Of a stretch of DNA of 64,000 nucleotides, positions 60,643 to 64,000 are shown piece by piece. Both the position numbers and the translations under genes were made by a program. Each line of letters starts with the position of its first letter. Within the stretch, counting starts at the first letter, position 1. The notes below the pieces were generated by a model that was not told where the DNA came from, ran no database searches, and saw only the letters and a list, made by a program, of their open reading frames with translations. The stretch is from NCBI GenBank assembly GCA_951406725.2, contig OX597820.1, positions 89,156,001 to 89,220,000 on the forward strand, read 5' to 3'. The stretch comes from Octopus vulgaris (lineage: Eukaryota).

Positions 60643-61073
60643 TTCAAATTCCGCCGAGGACGACTTTGCCTGTCATCCTTTCGGGGTCGATAAATTAAGT
60701 ACCAGTTACACACTGGGGCCGATGTAATCGACTTAATCCGTTTGTCTGTCCTTGTGTGTCCCCTCTATGTTTAGCCCCTTGTGGGTAGTAAAGAAACATA
60801 TATATTCTTTTATTCTTTTACTTGTTTCAGGCATTAGACTGCGGCGATGCTGGGGCACCGCCTTGGACATTTCGTCGAATAATTCGACCTCAGTATTTAC
60901 TTTTTCAAGCCTGTTACTTATTCTATTGGTCTCTTTTACCGAACTGCTACGTTGCGGACACGCCACACACACCGACGCCGGTTGTGAAGCAGTGGTGGTG
61001 GTGAGGCAAACACAGACGTAAAGAAACACACATACACATATACATCCTCACACACACACACACACACACCACA

Positions 61074-61106
<33 letters not shown>

Positions 61107-61252
61107 TCATTTATGACGGGCTTCGTTCAGTTCCGTTCTACCAAATCCACTTACAAGGCTTTGGTTGGGCAAGTGTCTTCTACTATAGCCTCAGGCTGAC
61201 CAAAGCCATGTGAGTGGATTTGGTGGACGGAAACTGAAAGAAGCCAGTCGTA

Positions 61253-61348
<96 letters not shown>

Positions 61349-61578
61349 CGTGTGCGTGTGTATGTGTTTGTGTATCTGTTGGTCCCCCCAATATCGCTTG
61401 ACAACCGATGCTGGTGTGTTTACGTCCCCGTAACTTAGCGGTTCGGTGAAAGCGACCGATAGAATAGATACTAGGCTTACAAAGAATAAGTCCTGGGGTC
61501 GGTTTGCTCGACTAAATGCGGTGCTCCAGCATGGCCACAGTCAAACGACTGATACAAGTAAAAGAGTAAAAAGTAAGA
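60643..61578. mobile_element. SINE cluster: family B (+), family A (-), family A (+)
   Basis: Matches at about 60643-60795, 60805-61168 and 61165-61578. Confidence 0.8.
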
Positions 61579-61689
61579 GTATAGTAGAAAATACTTGCCC
61601 AAGGTGCCACGCAGTGGGCATGAAACCAGAACCAGAACCATCTAGCTGGGAAGCTTTTTACCACACAGCAACGTACAAATGAATAGAAA

Positions 61690-61924
61690 GCTAAGCGTTT
61701 AAGCGTTTAAAGGGATTAAGAAACAAGCAGTATATCTTCCGAAATTTGAAACGTTTGGAGGCGGCGAGCCGCTAACGGCCGAGTTCTTATCAACGTTGGC
61801 GGCTTGCCTTACAAAGGTGTGTAGTGATGCCCGTGAGGGTTCCTGGCTGTTCCAACGACTAAGCCTTGCCATCACCCGTGGTAATGCCGCGAGCATGTTG
61901 GCTTGCTTCAGTAGGTTCCGTTGA
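61690..61924 (+). pseudogene. CRE-like non-LTR C-terminal remnant
   Basis: FETFGG..AEFLSTLA..REGSWLFQRLSLAITRGNAASML. Confidence 0.7.
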
Positions 61925-62121
61925 ACCTTGTAGTGTGCGACAAATTGAGACACTTGTGTTGCATCGATGTTTTTTTGAATTGATGTGTTTTTGTCATTTT
62001 CCCTTTCGTTTTTTTCATTTTCTTTCTTTTCCTTTCTTTGTTCCTCTTTTTCCATTTATTCTCTCGCTTTTGGATTTGTATTTTTAATGTTGTTTTGTAT
62101 TATATATGTATCATATATAAT

Positions 62122-63305
62122 ACAAATCCGTGGAAAAATTCTACACTGGATTAAGTATTTCCTGGCGAATAGAACACAAGAAGTTGTGGTCGATGGAGTC
62201 CACTCAAGCCCAGCAAAAGTTACCAGTGGTGTCCCTCAGGGGACTGTCTTGGGCCCGCTCCTCTTTATAATTTACATAAATGTCCTTTCCAGCGTCGTAA
62301 ATCACTGCAAAGTGAAAATATTTACTGATGACACTAAGCTCAAGAAAAAATCATCAATGAAGAAGGCCGAACTCAACTCCAGTCTGACCTATATGCTATG
62401 AGTCAATGGGCAGACAAAAACAAAATGAAACTGAACGAGGGAAAATTTGAGCTGATGCATTTTGAAAGAAAGTCTATACTAAAACAGCCATACTCTCTTC
62501 CTTCTGGAGAACCGCTCACGGCATCTAATAACTTCAGAGACCTGGGTGTAATTGTTGATAACAATCTCAGTTGGAGTGCCCATATCAACAATAAGGCCGA
62601 TATAGCTCGTAAGATGAGCTCCTGGATCTTAAGAACCTTTCGATCCAGAGAACAAGGTGTCAACATTCTACTTTTCTCCTCCTTTGTACGGCTACACCTC
62701 GAATACGGCTGCCCCTTGTGGTCTTCCCATACAAAACAAAACATCTCGAGGATTGAATCACCCCAGAGGGCACTCACTAAACGAATTGAAGGCATGACTG
62801 ATCTCGATTACTGGGACCTCCTTAAAGCCTTGAAACTCTACTCTCTCCATCGTCGCCGCGAGTGGTACATCATTTGTACGATGTGGAGAATATACCGCCA
62901 GCATTGCCCAAACGACCAAAACATTAGTTTCAAGGTTCATCCCAGGCTGGGACCACGGGCCATACGTCCCCTGCCCTGTTCAGGATCACAACATACAGGT
63001 ACACTGCGACATAATTTCTTTTCCTCAACAGGCCCTGCCCTGTTTAACATTGTCCCAAAAACTTATTAAAGGGGAAAAGGATCCCATCACCTTTAAACGG
63101 AATCTGGACAGATTTTTCAATGAATACCAGATAAGCCACCGATACCTGGATGCTACTCACTCAACAAGAACTCACTACTTGAATGGACCATAAACAAAAC
63201 TTGACTTAAAAAGGATTTAGATAATCCTATCAGGTGGTGCTATTAAGTTAGACATGGCCTGGACCAATCTTTCGTCGAAACATATCTAAGTTTTATCTAA
63301 GTTTT
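62122..63305 (+). mobile_element. CR1-group LINE 3' fragment
   Basis: SGVPQGTVLGPLLFIIYIN, IFTDDTKL, RDLGVIVD, LEYGCPLWS; tail (tatctaagttt)2. Confidence 0.9.
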
Positions 63306-63312
63306 ATACATA

Positions 63313-63477
63313 CGTGGCTGTGTGGTAAGGAGTCTGTTTCTCAATCACATGGTTCCAGGTTCAGTCCCATTGCGTGGCACCTTGGGCAGGGTTCTTCTAC
63401 TATAACCTTGGGCTGACTAAAGCTTTGTGGGTGGACTTGGTAGACGGAAACTGAAAAAAGCCCGTCGTGTGTGTATG

Positions 63478-63560
<83 letters not shown>

Positions 63561-63579
63561 ATATATATATATACATACA

Positions 63580-63654
<75 letters not shown>

Positions 63655-63826
63655 TACATATACATACACACACACACACACGACGGGCTTTTTTCAGTTT
63701 CCGTCTACCAAGTCCACCCACAAAGCTTTAGTCAGCCCAAGGTTATAGTAGAAGACGCCTGCCCAAGGTGTCACGCAATGGGACTGAACCTGGAACCATG
63801 TGATTGAGAAACAGACTCCTTACCAT

Positions 63827-63880
<54 letters not shown>

Positions 63881-64000
63881 GCATATATTTGTGTTTGTGT
63901 CTCTGTCCCTGCCTCATCACTTGACAACCGATGTTGGTTTATTTACGTCCCTCTAAGCTAGCGGTTCGGCAAAAGAGACCGATAGAATAAGTACTAGACT
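63313..64000 (+). mobile_element. SINE family A containing an inverted duplication of its 5' half
   Basis: 63323-63470 is mirrored at 63678-63825; the 3' half resumes at about 63890. Confidence 0.85.

Overview
A 64-kb AT-rich eukaryotic window made almost entirely of repeats. The SINE families and dense (TA)n/(CA)n/(TAA)n/(CATA)n microsatellites point to an octopod cephalopod (inference). I see no supportable host protein-coding exon; most listed ORFs are microsatellite artefacts or transposon remnants. Retroelements: a near-intact R4/Dong non-LTR element (one in-frame stop in about 1,229 codons), a decayed full-length RTE with three C-terminal C2H2 fingers, two Penelope-like GIY-YIG fragments, CR1- and CRE-like remnants, a solo-LTR candidate and many tRNA-derived SINEs. 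DNA elements: a full-length dead mariner, Tc1/pogo/hAT/Merlin elements, Helitron/Helentron and Crypton-like elements. The most notable signals are (i) covarying minimal hammerhead-ribozyme-like motifs in Penelope-derived modules that sit in (TA)n tracts, (ii) a head-to-tail composite Helitron dimer whose empty site is visible in a local paralog, (iii) a (TAA)n-targeted retroelement cluster inside a roughly 9-10 kb local duplication, and (iv) several long fold-back palindromes. Coordinates were read by eye and may be off by a few bases; family names come from recalled motifs, not database searches.
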